64,000 nt of DNA, from the NCBI GenBank assembly GCA_951406725.2, contig OX597824.1, positions 92,008,001-92,072,000 of the forward strand, written 5' to 3'. Source of the DNA: Octopus vulgaris. Its lineage: Eukaryota. The position numbers and the translations under genes are program-made. Of the stretch, positions 1 through 14,021 are shown in pieces. Position 1 is the first letter of the stretch. Each line of letters begins with the position of its first letter. The notes beneath the pieces were generated by a model. That model saw nothing but the letters and a program-made list of their open reading frames with translations. It ran no database searches and had not been told where the DNA came from.

Positions 1-421
1 CCAACCAACTAACCCCAACCTCAACAACACCACCATCTCAAGTGTCACCACTACCACCAGCATCCCCTCCACCACTACCAATCCCAACATTACAACCGAC
101 ATCAACGCCACCACCGCACGCATGGTAACAACAACCACTAAAGCACAATTACTGCTATCGCATTAGTAATGCCAAATATAAACCGTGCTCATGTTTCTGG
201 CAAACAGTTCTGAGGTTATTCGCAAAGTTCAGAGCTTGTCTTTCAAAATTGCATTCTTCTGCCATCCAACGTTCATCCACCAACGCCACCGTTAGCCTGC
301 TTCTGATTGGTTGAAATGTATAAAGGATCTTACGCAACAGAAAAATCAATCCCGTACTCTATCGCCATTCATTTTTCTGTATCTTTGTCTTTCTCTGCCT
401 CTCACTTTCTTATACTCACAG

Positions 422-475
<54 letters not shown>

Positions 476-544
476 TCTCTCTCTCTCTCACACACTCATT
501 CTATATACGCGTATCAGTGTGTGTGTGTGTATGTTTGTGTAATT

Positions 545-735
545 TCTACTCTTCTTCTCTGGAAGCCATCTACCCGCAATACCAGAGGGCGCACACTTTC
601 CTACCCTGATGTAATCTCCAGGGATACAGGCATCCAGCAACAGGACCCCCGTAATGCCATGATGGACCGTGAAGTCTGGCGTAGCATGGTAAATTCCATT
701 GTCTCGACCACGGTCGAACAATGATGATGATGATG
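545..735 (+). mobile_element. RTE-clade LINE 3' end fragment with (TGA)n tail
   Basis: Frame reads LLWKPSTRNTRGRTLSYPDVISRDTGIQQQDPRNAMMDREVWRSMVNSIVSTTVEQ*, containing the A-x-DR-x-x-WR motif typical of RTE ORF C-termini, followed directly by (TGA)n. Confidence 0.75.
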
Positions 736-784
736 TGTTTGTGTATATATAAACATATATATTCTTTTTTTCTTTTATATTTTT

Positions 785-1040
785 TTACTTACTTCAGTCA
801 TTTGACTACAGTCATGCAAGAGCACCCCTTCCTGCCGAAGAAATCTGCCCATGGACCAATTCTTCGTAAGCCAAGTACGTATTCTGTCGGTCGCATTTGC
901 CGAAACGCTAACCGACCGGGACGTAAACGTACCGACATCGGTTGTCAAGCGATGGTAGAGAGACGAACACAGACAAAAGTACACATACACACAAACACAC
1001 ATATATGACGTGCTTCTTTCAGTTTCCGTCACCAAATGCA
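785..1040 (-). mobile_element. SINE family A (CORE-type) partial copy
   Basis: Reverse complement of the 10551-10905 body (cttctttcagtttccgtc, cggttgtcaagcgatg, cagtcatttgact). Confidence 0.8.
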
Positions 1041-1283
1041 ATTATTTCAGAAATCCTGGGAATAGATAGTGCACGACTTTCTCAAAACACGTATGGTATG
1101 AAAATAAGTTGATTCTTTCTATTTTAAAGCAAAACTTTGAAAAATTTCGCCCATGAAGGCATGAATCTTACCAAAATTCTATGAAACATTCCTTGTGCTT
1201 AAGTGTGCCTTGAAACGAAAATCTGAGCTTTGCGCTATTGAGATAACTTATCGAAATTGTTGATTTGCAATGATTTTAAATAC

Positions 1284-1575
1284 CGTGGCCAACCCCTCCG
1301 TCGATACCATGACTAACTAAAGCAAAACTTAAACTGACTGGAATCGGTCCCAAAGCCTGGGTCATTGAAGCTCTGGACAGGCCAGGGTGGCATCATTCCA
1401 TCTCCATTTTGACAAATCCTTTTGAAGATGAACGACAGAGGAAAGAGGAAGAGAAACGACAAGAAAGAAAATGGAGTCTGCAACAACCGAAGCCTCCACC
1501 ACGGATCCCCTATGAACTTTGTAACAGACGCTTCCATGCAAGAATCGGTCTCGTTAGTGATTAGAGGCATAAACA
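1284..1575 (+). mobile_element. Degenerate RTE-like LINE ORF C-terminus with decayed C2H2 zinc finger
   Basis: With one stop and one frameshift: RGQPLRRYHD*LKQ/LKLTGIGPKAWVIEALDRPGWHHSISILTNPFEDERQRKEEEKRQERKW...IPYELCNRRFHARIGLVSD*RHKH, matching the RTE pattern W-x-x-x-A-x-DR-x-x-W ... C-x-R-x-F-x-ARIGL-x-SH. Confidence 0.75.
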
Positions 1576-1640
1576 CGGACAGAGGGGAAGAAGTGGTCAT
1601 GAAAAACCAAATAAATCATCGGACACACGATAAAAAGGCC

Positions 1641-1716
1641 ACTGGCGCCGCTGCCGCTGGTGCCGCCGCCGCTGCCGCTGGTGCCGCCGCCGCTGCCGCT
1701 GGTGCCGTCGCCGCTG
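1641..1716. repeat. GC-rich 21-bp tandem repeat (gccgctgccgctggtgccgcc), about 3 copies
   Basis: Directly visible; an isolated GC-rich patch in AT-rich DNA. Confidence 0.9.
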
Positions 1717-1919
1717 ACGATGACGAAATACCGAATAGCTAACATCACGGCTAATTAAAGCTTTGCCATTTGTCATCGTTCTATTTGATCCACTAGTTTA
1801 AAATAAATCGGTATTTGTGAGATACTTTTCTTTTCCGCAATCTTGTGTTTTTTTTTTGTTTTTTGTTCTGAATAGAATTATATCAGACCGTATATTTTTG
1901 GTATATTTCAGTTTAGTAA

Positions 1920-2050
1920 ATTCCACCGTGGTGGACTTTGCCTTTCCTCCTTTCGAGTTCGATTAATTAACTACCAGTTGCGTATTGGTGTCGATCTAAT
2001 CGACTGGCCCCCTTCCCCAAAATTTCGGGCCTTGTGCCTAGACTAAAAAA
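1920..2050 (+). mobile_element. SINE family B 3' fragment
   Basis: gactttgcctttc(a/c)tcctttcg...taccagttgcgta...tcgatctaatcgactggcccc core shared with 25243-25670 and 55900-56105. Confidence 0.8.
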
Positions 2051-3097
2051 ACTATATTTTACATCAGGTATTGCAGTTTTCTTTTTACAGATTTCACATA
2101 ATCCTTTATTATCCAAGAAATATGCTTCAAACACGTATTTCTGTATGCTTGCGTGGTTGTGCATGTTTGTGTCTGTGCATGCATGCGTCTGTTTGCATTT
2201 GTGCCTGTTTTGACAACAGTTGTTGGTTCATTTGCGTCCTTGTATTTTAGCAGTTCAGCAGAGGTTACTGGTAATAATAATAATAATAATAATAAGTACC
2301 ACACACAGCAAAACCTCAGCTAGTGTGGTCGGTTTATTTGACTAAAACCCTTTAAATTGTTGCCCCAGAATGGACGCAGTCCATCGACTACAAACAAGGG
2401 GGAAAATAAATTGATAAAAAATACAAAAGATAAACTGTATATAAAAATCTATGCATTGCAAATATAATCGATCTGCTGAAAACCATAATTAATGAAAATG
2501 AATACTTTTGGAAAATGTAGACGTAGGAAACCTCTGGATAGAGAAGAACTGTTAGAAAGGCGGGTTGGCCATTGTTGGATTGCATTTCATATCGGAATTG
2601 TCAGTCACAGCTGAAATGTAATTGAATAAATAGCAATGACAGCCTAGATACTAGCATATATTCGATTGACTGAGAAATCGAATATCAGACACGTAACGAT
2701 ATGCGAAACCTCAGCTTACACATGTTCAGCTGCGTTTATTCCGCATACGAATGAGATTCTCTAGTCACATGTGTTCGACGACAATAGAAGAAGTGTTTTC
2801 AACGAAAATATTATTGTGAACATAATCCAGCTCATTGTAAACAAGCAACGATATAGAAAATTACAAGAAACTAAATCTAATACAAATACTAGCTCTAGGC
2901 AGATGTAAGAGAATACGAAACAATATACCGAATAAAATTTTCTTGCAAGATAGGATAGCAAAAATCACTTAAATTCTTGCATAATCCAATCAAATTTGTT
3001 TCTTGAGAATCTCGAATCTAATATATTTTTTTTACTTCATATACTGTCAGTATGAATCATTATTTTCCTATAAATATGTGTGGGTATATACATACAT

Positions 3098-3129
<32 letters not shown>

Positions 3130-3613
3130 GTATATTTATATAGATATATATATATATTTACATATATGTATGTGTGTATATATATATGTATATCTGTACA
3201 TAATTATTATTAAGGGTATCTAAAAGATAGCAGCATGCTAGATATAGCAGCCAAAACTTGACTCTAAAACCTCATTAAATGTTCATACAGCACCAGGAAA
3301 GAAGACAAAGAGACAGAATAAACTAGCAAACAATTATTGGATAATTCCAGATCCCGGATTTCTGATTTTGCATAAGAAATGTTTTGCCTTCATCAGTGGA
3401 ATATACGCAAAATACGCATATATGTAGTTTTAAACGTTAGAGTGGCACGTCTTCAGATTTGCATCAAAGGTAAACTCTATATTGTGTGTCTGCGGGATTG
3501 TTTGCTTGGCTTATATCGGAAGGGGTAAAAATCCACCCGTGTACATAGCCTAAAGATATAGCTGAGTGGTGCATTGAACTTTCCCTATCTTTCCACCATC
3601 CAAGGACATTAAT

Positions 3614-3646
<33 letters not shown>

Positions 3647-3726
3647 ATATTTATATATGTATACCCTCCTCCCTCTTTCTCTCCTCCTCTCTCACTCCTT
3701 CTCTCTCTCTCTTCCAGTCACTCTGC

Positions 3727-3764
<38 letters not shown>

Positions 3765-3780
3765 ATATATCTACACACAC

Positions 3781-3865
<85 letters not shown>

Positions 3866-3869
3866 CGTT

Positions 3870-4085
3870 TATGCCTGCGTGACTTTGGCCTTGCACCACC
3901 GCTTGACAACCGGTACTGGTATTTTTATGTCCCTGCAACTCCGCGGTTCTGCGAAAGTGACAGAATAAGTATCAAAATTAAAACATTAAAAAATGGAGTC
4001 GATTCATTCGAATAGAATATTCTCCAAGACAGTACTCCAGCATGGCCGCAGTCTAATGTCTGAAGCAGATAAAACATAAAAGAGA
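3870..4085 (+). mobile_element. SINE family A 3' half
   Basis: cgcttgacaaccggt...gcggttc...gaataagta...cagcatggccgcagtc...ctgaa; similar 3' halves at 2190-2400, 30060-30260 and 60160-60400. Confidence 0.8.
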
Positions 4086-4384
4086 AAACATGAATATATA
4101 TCTGTCAAACCTCATTTAGGCGGGCCTTAATACAATTAATGCGACGATGAATACATCGGATTTTTGTATATTGCAAGACACAACAGCGGATATTTTCTTT
4201 GTTTTCTTCCTTTACTATATCAGGTGAACTGTTATTTCATTCCTTTATACCTCTACCATGCAAGTGTATGAGCATACGTACGTAGGTGTGTATGTCTGTA
4301 TACATACATACATACATACATACATACATACATACTCACGAACGTACTCAATACACACACACGCACACATATGTATGTACGCAC

Positions 4385-4418
<34 letters not shown>

Positions 4419-5754
4419 TTATAGATTATGAGACTATATAAAACGCTGCTGTATCTCACTATTTTCATGCTTGTCAACTCTTCTATGAAGAAGTACTTCA
4501 TTCCGAAACGTTTTTCCATTCCACATGAGAAGTTCCTGGAATACTTTTAATCGATCTTACTAAATAATACAATCTTACTAGCGGAGACTAACAAAAGATT
4601 CTTTAGATTACATACACACACACACACGCCAACACACAGTCACACATACACACACATACACACATATATACGCACACACACATACCCACTCACAGACGGT
4701 GTTATGTTTGTGTGTTTTTTTTGTTTACTTTTCTGTGCCTATTACATACACTGTACTGTCACACTTACCATTAACATTCTTAGAGGACCAGGCTTTCTTG
4801 CTCAAATTAAAAACGTAGAGTCCGCATTTACCTCGTTTTTGAAGCGACGTTGTCGTGTCTACAAACTAATATACTGATTTCATACAATTTAGACCAAACA
4901 TTAAATATGCAATTAATGCCTTCTATTTTGTGTGTGAGCGCACGTCTGAATGATTGTATGTGTGTGTGTATGTGTGTACGTGTGTGTATGTGTGTGTGTG
5001 TGTGTGTGTGTATGAAAGAGCAAAATATATATGTATAAGGAAATAAGATGGTCAGCAGATATGACTATGTTCCTTGACGCTTACCAACTGGTCGGTAGAT
5101 ATTAAGAATAAACTATAACAGTATCTTCTGCGATTAGCTAAAAACGATAAAAATAAAAAATAACTACAGCAACAGCTACTGCATCAACAACAGCAACAAC
5201 AACATTCGTATGGAAAACAAATTCTTAAAGAAAAACTAAACGTAGCGACAGAGAAGAACCTGACTGATCAATAACAGAGGTAAGAGATATAGAGTCGATA
5301 GCGTGTATTAGATCAGATATATAACAACAATTGTTAGGAGCAAAAACAACAACAGCGAATACAAGAACAGTATAAACATTGTCACAACCATGAGCAACAA
5401 TGATAACGGTAATTCCACCTCTCCTCGCCAAAGACAAAAAATATATATATATATATATATATATAACAGTAAAATTTATCCATAACCATCAATACGTACT
5501 ACCGAAATAAAAGAAGTAAAAAAAAAACGAAGCATAGGAAACTATTGTAACGTATGAAAGAATATAAACACACTGAAATAGGAAAAAAAAAACAAACAAA
5601 AACAAGCAACAGCTAACAACAGCAGATACATGACCAAAGCATCATGACCAAGAGAAGAACGGGGGAAAAAATTTAGCTACAATAACGATCTGAGTCAATA
5701 ATAACAAGAACATGAATAGCAACAACGACTGCCATAAATATACATACATACATA

Positions 5755-6115
<361 letters not shown>

Positions 6116-6566
6116 ATATGTTTGTGGAGGCAAAGAAAAAAAAAATGGAAAGAGAAAAGACGAAACGATAAATGTCTTTATATTGGGTTGACATTTTCAG
6201 TGAAAGATAATCGCAGCAGTATTTATAAGTCAGCCATGATATATTTGTGTAAATCTTGGTTTTAAAATAGAAGTATGGAAGCAGCGATACAGTAAAATAC
6301 GTAAACACACAGAGAGAGAGAGACAGAGATTTAAACAGTTTTACATACAACGAACACAAAGATATATGCACCATGAGTGTGAGTATGCATGTGTGTGTGT
6401 GTGTATCTATGTATTTATGTGTGTATATATGTGTCTGAGTCTGTGTGTGTGTGTCTGTATTATGTTTGTGTGTATGCATTTATGTAGAATTTATGTATGT
6501 ATCTATCTGCCAGTTTGTCAGTCTGTCTGTCTCTCTCTCTCTCTTTCTCCCCCTTTGTCCCTTTCT

Positions 6567-6659
<93 letters not shown>

Positions 6660-6685
6660 TTTATATATATATATATATGTATATA

Positions 6686-6716
<31 letters not shown>

Positions 6717-6769
6717 CGTTTAAATATTTGTTGGCTAAACTGGCAATATGACCATTCCGAAATATAACA

Positions 6770-6837
<68 letters not shown>

Positions 6838-6847
6838 TTTATTGCTT

Positions 6848-6890
<43 letters not shown>

Positions 6891-8144
6891 TAATATATGT
6901 GTCTGTGTGTGTATATATATGCATGCATAGATAGATAAATATGAGTGTGTAAATATGAGTGTATACTTATGTCTATACAGACATATATATGTATAGACCA
7001 ACTTTTGCTTATCGGTGTATAAGCGCGTGCCTGTGTGCGTGTGTGAGTATATATACATACATAAATACATATATACGTACATGCACATGCACACACACGC
7101 ACAAACACGCATATATATATATATATATACGCAATTACATAATGTGCGAGTGTGTGATTATGTGTACCTCCATTTTACTTGTTTCAATTGTTTCAAATAG
7201 AACGATGTGATCTTTTGCATTGAAGGTAGAAAAGAAACGGAAAATATTCTACGTTAGAAATATAAACGAAATGTTATAAAAGAAGAACATTCAAACAATT
7301 TTATGAAACCATACAAAGCTGCAAAATCTCAAAAAATAATAAAAGATCACAGACAAAAACAAGCAAAATATACAATTGAACGAGAGATATCATTAGGAAG
7401 GAGGGTCATGCTTTATTTGGAATAATAAATAGGTTGTGAATTGCACATTCGTCTTTTGCGAGAGAAAAGAAAAATGGAAGACTGTGGTCTTCCGCTGGAG
7501 AGAGAAATGCAAGTTACACAAGAAGAAGCGTGCCATTGAATTATATTCTGTTTTAAACGACATCCTTTATATTTGTGTGTGTGTGTGTAGGTGTGTAGGT
7601 GTGTGTTTGTGTGTGTATTTACACGCACAGACACACACATGCACACACACCTGCATACACACGCATATATATACATATATATGATCGTGCACAAGGCCAA
7701 TTCAAGTTAAACTGGAATACACACTGACTCAAGCACGCACAAACGTATCCGTCTGTGTGAGTATATATGTATATAGATCTATGTGTGTGTCTCTGTGTGT
7801 GTATGTGTGTGTATGTGTGTGTGGTTGTATGTAATTATTTATATGTCTATAACTAAAGATATTTGTATTATGCCATCTTATATTATTTCAATTCTGAAAT
7901 ATATTAAACAAGTGACACAAAATTATACAACACATTATAACTTAAAACAACACAAACACAACAATTCTTGAGCCATTTGCACAAAACGTGACCATCAAGT
8001 GTGGATGCAAATAATGGAAAGCATGTTAAAAATCAATATTCATGAAATTAGTGGAATAAAATTAGTAAAAATGAATGAATGTATTATGTCAATTTTCGAC
8101 TGAGAATTCAGACTTCACGGGCAACTTATATATCTGTATATGTA

Positions 8145-8355
8145 TAGGGTGGCGCAATAACAGGGTTACAGTTATCACGGAGGGATTTTAATTTGCTTTC
8201 AAAACATGATCTTACGTTTAAATTTCTCTCTATAATTAACTAAATTAGCATAGAATACTGGCTTCATATTTTTTTATAATTCAGATCTAAATTGTTAATA
8301 TATGAATGCGAAAGAGATTGTTGAATAATTGTAAACTTACTTTTGGGCCACCCTG
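8145..8355. mobile_element. Tc1/mariner-type MITE (about 210 bp) flanked by TA
   Basis: Left end ta|tagggtggcgcaataacagggttacagttat; right end aataattgtaaacttacttttgggccaccctg|ta. Imperfect TIRs with a (C/T)AGGGTGG start and TA flanks. Confidence 0.65.
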
Positions 8356-8394
8356 TATATATACCTATACATATACATGCATACACATATACAT

Positions 8395-8431
<37 letters not shown>

Positions 8432-8519
8432 GTATATGTATCTGTATATATTTATACATACATAGAAACATTATATATATATATGTATATGCATATATGT
8501 ATGTATATATATATATATA

Positions 8520-9153
8520 TCAATTGAGTTTAAAAGCACAAATTATCCAGTTGATTACCGTGGTAGCTCTTAGATAAATTCCAGGTAATAGCTAACCGCA
8601 TCAGGTTGCAATGGGAGTCGATGACAGCTTGGTATTAGCAATCCAGGTGCCATTCTTCTGATTTGTTCGCTTCACTAGATTGTGAAAATTCTCAGGGATG
8701 TGGATTTTTAACATAAAGAATACGGAGACTGGTTCATCATAAAATGTCTCTCCCATATTTACAGATTGTCCTACAGCATAGTTTATCTGCTGTATCTGCT
8801 TTCAAGATATCTCACTCAATCTTGGTATATATATATATATATATATATATATCAATTGAGCTAAATAGGACAAATTATCCATTTGATTACCGTGGTAGCT
8901 CTTAGATAAATTCCAGGTAATAGCTAACCGCATCAGGTTGCAATGGGAGTCGATGACCGCTTGGTATTAGCAATCCAGGTTTTATTCTTCTGATTTGTTC
9001 GCTTCACTAGATTGTGAAAATTCTCAGGATTGTGGGTTTTTAACATAAAGAATACGGAGGCTGGTTCGTCATAAAATGTCTCTCCCATATTTTCAGTTTG
9101 TCATACAGCATAATTTCCCCTGTATCTGCTTTCAAGGTACCTCACTCAATCTT

Positions 9154-9155
<2 letters not shown>
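8520..9155. repeat. Tandem duplication of an about 305-bp unit, each copy bounded by (TA)n
   Basis: 8520-8825 and 8852-9155 align end to end (tcaattgag...ctcactcaatcttgg) with scattered substitutions. Confidence 0.92.
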
Positions 9156-9208
<53 letters not shown>

Positions 9209-9535
9209 AACTGATTCGTTTTGCGCGGAATCACGACAGCCACCGGTGTAAAAGGTAGACATACTTAGTATTTCCTCTGATTAATTTTAATCCTCCAGCT
9301 ATTTAATGCTATTTTGGGCCTACAATCACCTATATTATCGATTCTATCATTATCATTCTTAAATTGTTACACTAGATAATAATAGAATCAATTTATCTTC
9401 GCAAATATCTTCTCATGAATTATTTGCTCCGTATTGAATATATATATATATCATAAAACAGTAAAATCAATAATAATTTTCCAGGTGGTCAGTGCGTAAA
9501 AAAAAACCTCATAGATAAATTTTACGAAATATTTC

Positions 9536-9709
9536 ATAATTATATACATAATTGTAACAAGGGATCGGGTTTACGCCTCATCATGCATTGCAAGAAACAG
9601 ACGCTAAAGCCCCTCACCAAGGTGGTAACAGGGGCTTTATCGGCAATTTCTTGCTGTGCGTGGTGAGGCGTAAAACCGATCCCTTGTTATAATTATTTAT
9701 ATAATTATA
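9536..9709. repeat. Imperfect palindrome (about 170 bp hairpin; MITE-like)
   Basis: Arm ataattgtaacaagggatcgggtttacgcctcatcatgcattgcaagaaacagacgctaaagcccct pairs with aggggctttatcggcaatttcttgctgtgcgtggtgaggcgtaaaaccgatcccttgttataattat around a 15-nt loop. Confidence 0.9.
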
Positions 9710-10550
9710 AAATAGTTTATATATATACAAACATACCAACACACACACAATGGAGTGTATATTAATTCTTAATTTGTTCCGGCAGTTTTCAATGATAAGA
9801 AGTATAATATATAAATAACTCTTGTGCTTTGTCATACAACCAACTCCCTTTCAAGGCGAATATGTGCACATAACATTGCTCGAATGAATAACGTTCCTTT
9901 GACATCATTGTTCGGCGTCAGCAAGGAGCCGCTACACAGCAATAAATCTAACAGGAGTTGTTGTACTTGAATTTAACTACAGCGAATAAACACATCGTTG
10001 AACCGAGATGATAATAAATCATTATTTACCCGAAGAACGACGATTTTGTTACACCCAAGTGCAAAAGCTAGTTACTCGGGATCAGAAATCTCTTGGGAGA
10101 GAAATTGGATAAGTAAAGGGACACATGCCCTCTAAACAGAAACGCTCAAAAACACATGAACACGCCTACGTGAACGCATAAAAACACGCACCCACGAATA
10201 GACACACACACACACGCACACACATATACGCACACAATCTAGAACGGATTTATTTCAGTTTCCGTCAACCAAATTCAGTTATAAGATTTTGATCGTCCAG
10301 AGTCGTAGTTGAAGACAGCTTATCGAGATGGCGCTCGTTGGAACGCGAACTTCAGCTTCAATTCAGAACCATGTAGAGTTTAGTTATGAGGAAGGGGAAT
10401 CCACAAACCAGCCATACTTGCGCCTAATGACACTTACACACACACTCAGACAAACACACATACATACAAACACATACATATATGCATAAATATATAAGGA
10501 ATTGTTATTTGATAATTGATATATCATTGTTTTCATGTATATAGACATAT

Positions 10551-10716
10551 AGGCTTGGGAGTGGCTGTGTGGTAAGTAGCTTGCTTATGAACCACATGGT
10601 TCAGGGTTCAGTCTCACTGCATGGCACCTTGGGTAAGTGTCTTCTACTATAGCCTCAGGTTGACCAAAGCCTTGTGAGTGGATTTGGTAGACGGAAACTG
10701 AAAGAAGCCCGTTGTG

Positions 10717-10769
<53 letters not shown>

Positions 10770-10905
10770 ATGTTTGTGTGTCTGTGTTTGACCCCAACCC
10801 AGCATCGCTTGACAACCGATGGTGGTGTGTTTACGCCCCTGTAACTTAGCGGTTCGGCAAAAAAGACCGATAGTCAAATGACTGAAACAAGTAAAATAGT
10901 AAAAT
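10551..10905 (+). mobile_element. SINE family A, near full-length: tRNA head + CORE-like domain + internal (TA)/(TG)n + 3' tail
   Basis: A-box tggctgtgtgg, B-box-like ggttcagtctc, then ggcaccttgggtaagtgtcttctactatagcctc, which resembles the CORE-SINE domain. Other copies at 10250-10425(-), 24045-24130(+), 33870-34220(-), 39010-39310(-), 44222-44500(+), 50065-50390(+). Confidence 0.85.
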
Positions 10906-10929
10906 TGTATATACAAATACATATATGTG

Positions 10930-10967
<38 letters not shown>

Positions 10968-11483
10968 GGGAGAGAGAGAGCGAAAGAGGCATACGCACAC
11001 AAACGCATACAAGTACCTGCACACATCCATACATATATTCTTAGATATAGATAGACGGATCTAGCAAAAGTGTGAAAACAAAACTGGTGAGGAGAATCAT
11101 AAATCACTTATGTCATCTTAAACGTGTTAGAGCAAAGATAATGACGGAATGATTCAATCATTGACAAGAAAAAGTTTTAGATTTTCACAACTTCACAGAA
11201 TGGTGTGTAAGACTACGTAATGAAATAATTTTTAAATCTCACATTTTCATTTTCCTATATGTGACCTGTAAACTTTCTACCGATGGATATTAACGAAAGA
11301 AAACTTGGATAATATTTCACGTGTTCTCTACATTGATTTCTCCTCGATATAAAACAATACACATGGTGTAGGAAACATTGGCTAGCATCTCTGCAGTGAA
11401 TGTTCCAAATCAAGTTAGATTCTGAAGAATCTCGGTGTTTTTGAGAACACTTTTCTGAATTGTGTTTACGAAGTTCATATGTA

Positions 11484-11635
11484 TTTGCAAATACCGATAG
11501 GGCACAGAAAGTGTGTCAATAGCCAGCTGGAGAAGATGTTCTCCTAGGGGCTACAAGCTACCGTAACATCCACCCTTAGTGGTTAACCATATCTAGATGG
11601 CAAATATACTGTATATATATGTATGTATATGTGTG

Positions 11636-11702
<67 letters not shown>

Positions 11703-11967
11703 CATTGGGACCCTTCCATCGAAAACCGGTGATTGTCGTGCGCTGATGACGAGTCAATACCCAGAAACTGCAGTCCGTGAGTATCACTTAGGTTGACGAG
11801 GGAAGGATAACCTCCCTTTGCAAATACCGGAAGGGCACAGAAAGTGTGCCTATAGCCAGCTGAAGAAGATGTTCTCCTGGGGCTACAAGCTACCGTAACA
11901 TCCACCCTTAGTGGTTAGCCATATCTAGATGGTAAATATACTGTATATATATGTATGTATATGTGTG

Positions 11968-11970
<3 letters not shown>
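11484..11970 (+). repeat. Partial tandem repeat, period 333 bp, with internal (TA)n
   Basis: tttgcaaatacc...gtgtgtaata occurs at 11484-11640 and 11817-11970. Confidence 0.9.
11729..11787 (+). ncRNA. Type I hammerhead ribozyme-like motif (stem II decayed)
   Basis: gtgat..gtgcg CTGATGA cgagt-caat-accca GAA ACTGCAGT C cgtg..atcac: intact core, palindromic stem III, GUC triplet, bulged stem I; two mismatches in stem II. Confidence 0.6.
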
Positions 11971-12002
<32 letters not shown>

Positions 12003-12057
12003 GTATGTATGTATGTATATCTGTAAATGTAATATGTGACTATTATTCGGTATCCAT

Positions 12058-12118
12058 GATAAAACTCCGAGTTTCGGATGCTGAGGTGGAAACCCGCGCC
12101 GCCGTCTCTTCAGTTATC
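12058..12118 (-). ncRNA. Type I hammerhead ribozyme-like motif
   Basis: Minus strand: gataa CTGAAGA [31 nt] GAA ACTCGGAGT T ttatc. Perfect 5-bp stem I, near-palindromic stem III, GUU triplet; stem II pairs poorly. Confidence 0.5.
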
Positions 12119-12368
12119 TGGTCATCGGAAAAATGCTATGAAAAATGACCGTCATACAAAGGAAAATTACTGTGTGATTGACCATTATAAAGACAAAAGA
12201 GCTATTCAAATGGCCGCTAAGTAAGCGATTAGATTATTTGCTGACTACGATGAGATTATTGCGAAAATATTCGCATGAAACTATTTATACAGCATTAACC
12301 GAGGGGGCAGCTTTAAAAGAAATTAATGTCTTTGGATTTGATCAATCCTTTTATGCATATATATATGT

Positions 12369-12401
<33 letters not shown>

Positions 12402-12406
12402 TATAA

Positions 12407-12438
<32 letters not shown>

Positions 12439-12736
12439 CCATGTATATATACATATTTACATCCATATATATATATATATATATATATATTTAGCAAAAT
12501 TCTCACATATTAAATACATGCACACTTACATGCATTTGGGTATGCACACATATACGCACACATACACGCAAGCACACACACACATACATACTGATATGAA
12601 GAGAGAAATAGACGGGGATATAATGGAGAAAATGAGGTAATACGTGACATAATCGCTATTAATATACATCATAGCACCGTTTATGTATCAAGCATTACAT
12701 ACTGGGTACTATCGTTTCATCTTCTGATACTCTTCT

Positions 12737-13235
12737 ATACATACATACATACATACATACATACATACATAAACACATACATACGGACACATATATAAAT
12801 AAGTACATACATTTATACATACATAAACACAAACTGACATACATACATATGTACATACATACTTACATACATACATACATACATACATGCATAAACACAT
12901 ACATACGGACACATATAAATAAATACATACATTTATACATACATAAACACAAACTGACATACATACTTATGTACATACTTATATACATACATAATTACAT
13001 ACATACATACATACTTATATATATAGATACATACATACATATATACATACATATATACATATATACTTACATATATACATACATCCTTAGATATTTACTT
13101 ATATACATACATATATACAGACATACGTACATACATATCATAATTACATACATATATACATACATACATATTTACATACACACACACACATATATATATA
13201 TACGTTTGTTCATACATAGATACCTACGTACATAA
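12737..13235. repeat. (ATAC)n-rich degenerate microsatellite with an internal duplicated block
   Basis: Directly visible; the block aaacacatacatacggacacatata...cacaaactgacatac occurs twice. Confidence 0.9.
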
Positions 13236-13357
13236 AAACGTACTCAAACACAATCACACACACATAGACCTATATATGCATTCATATATATATATAATTA
13301 TATATACACACACATATATATGCCTACATATACATATACATACACACATACATACAT

Positions 13358-13399
<42 letters not shown>

Positions 13400-13794
13400 C
13401 AAGTGCGTGAGTGTGTAGACACCATTTATGTACTTCATGTACTTCTCAATGGGTATACCGTAGTATCGTTTCATCTTTTACCAAGGAAATCACAAAAAGA
13501 AAAATTAACTTCAAAGGAATTATCGAAGTCGATGATGACAAAATAGCAAAAATCTTCTATCATCTCGTTCATTTTTTCAAGTGAAAAAGACGAACAATGA
13601 CGATAACCAAATAAAGAAGAAACTTTAGAAAAACAGACGTAAAGAAAAGAATGATAACAAAGATAATAATAATAATGTTATTAAACGTATGGAAGAGAAA
13701 ATCACATTTTACACTGTACGACAGAATAAGTATCTGTGTTATAATAACGACATTTTAATATATAGTACACGTACACTTACAGCGTCTCACACAC

Positions 13795-13847
<53 letters not shown>

Positions 13848-13939
13848 TTATACATTCGCGTATATGTATATAGATACCTATCTATCTATCTCTGCATATA
13901 ACATATATAAGTATATATACATATACATATGCCTATATG

Positions 13940-14021
<82 letters not shown>

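Noticed and set aside
1422-1742. 106-aa ORF ending in poly-Ala/Gly
   Set aside because: Alternative frame over an RTE fragment plus a GCC tandem repeat; no gene evidence.
3375-3400. Minus-strand CTGATGA-aggc-aaaac
   Set aside because: No stem II or proper GAAA; at best a deleted relic.
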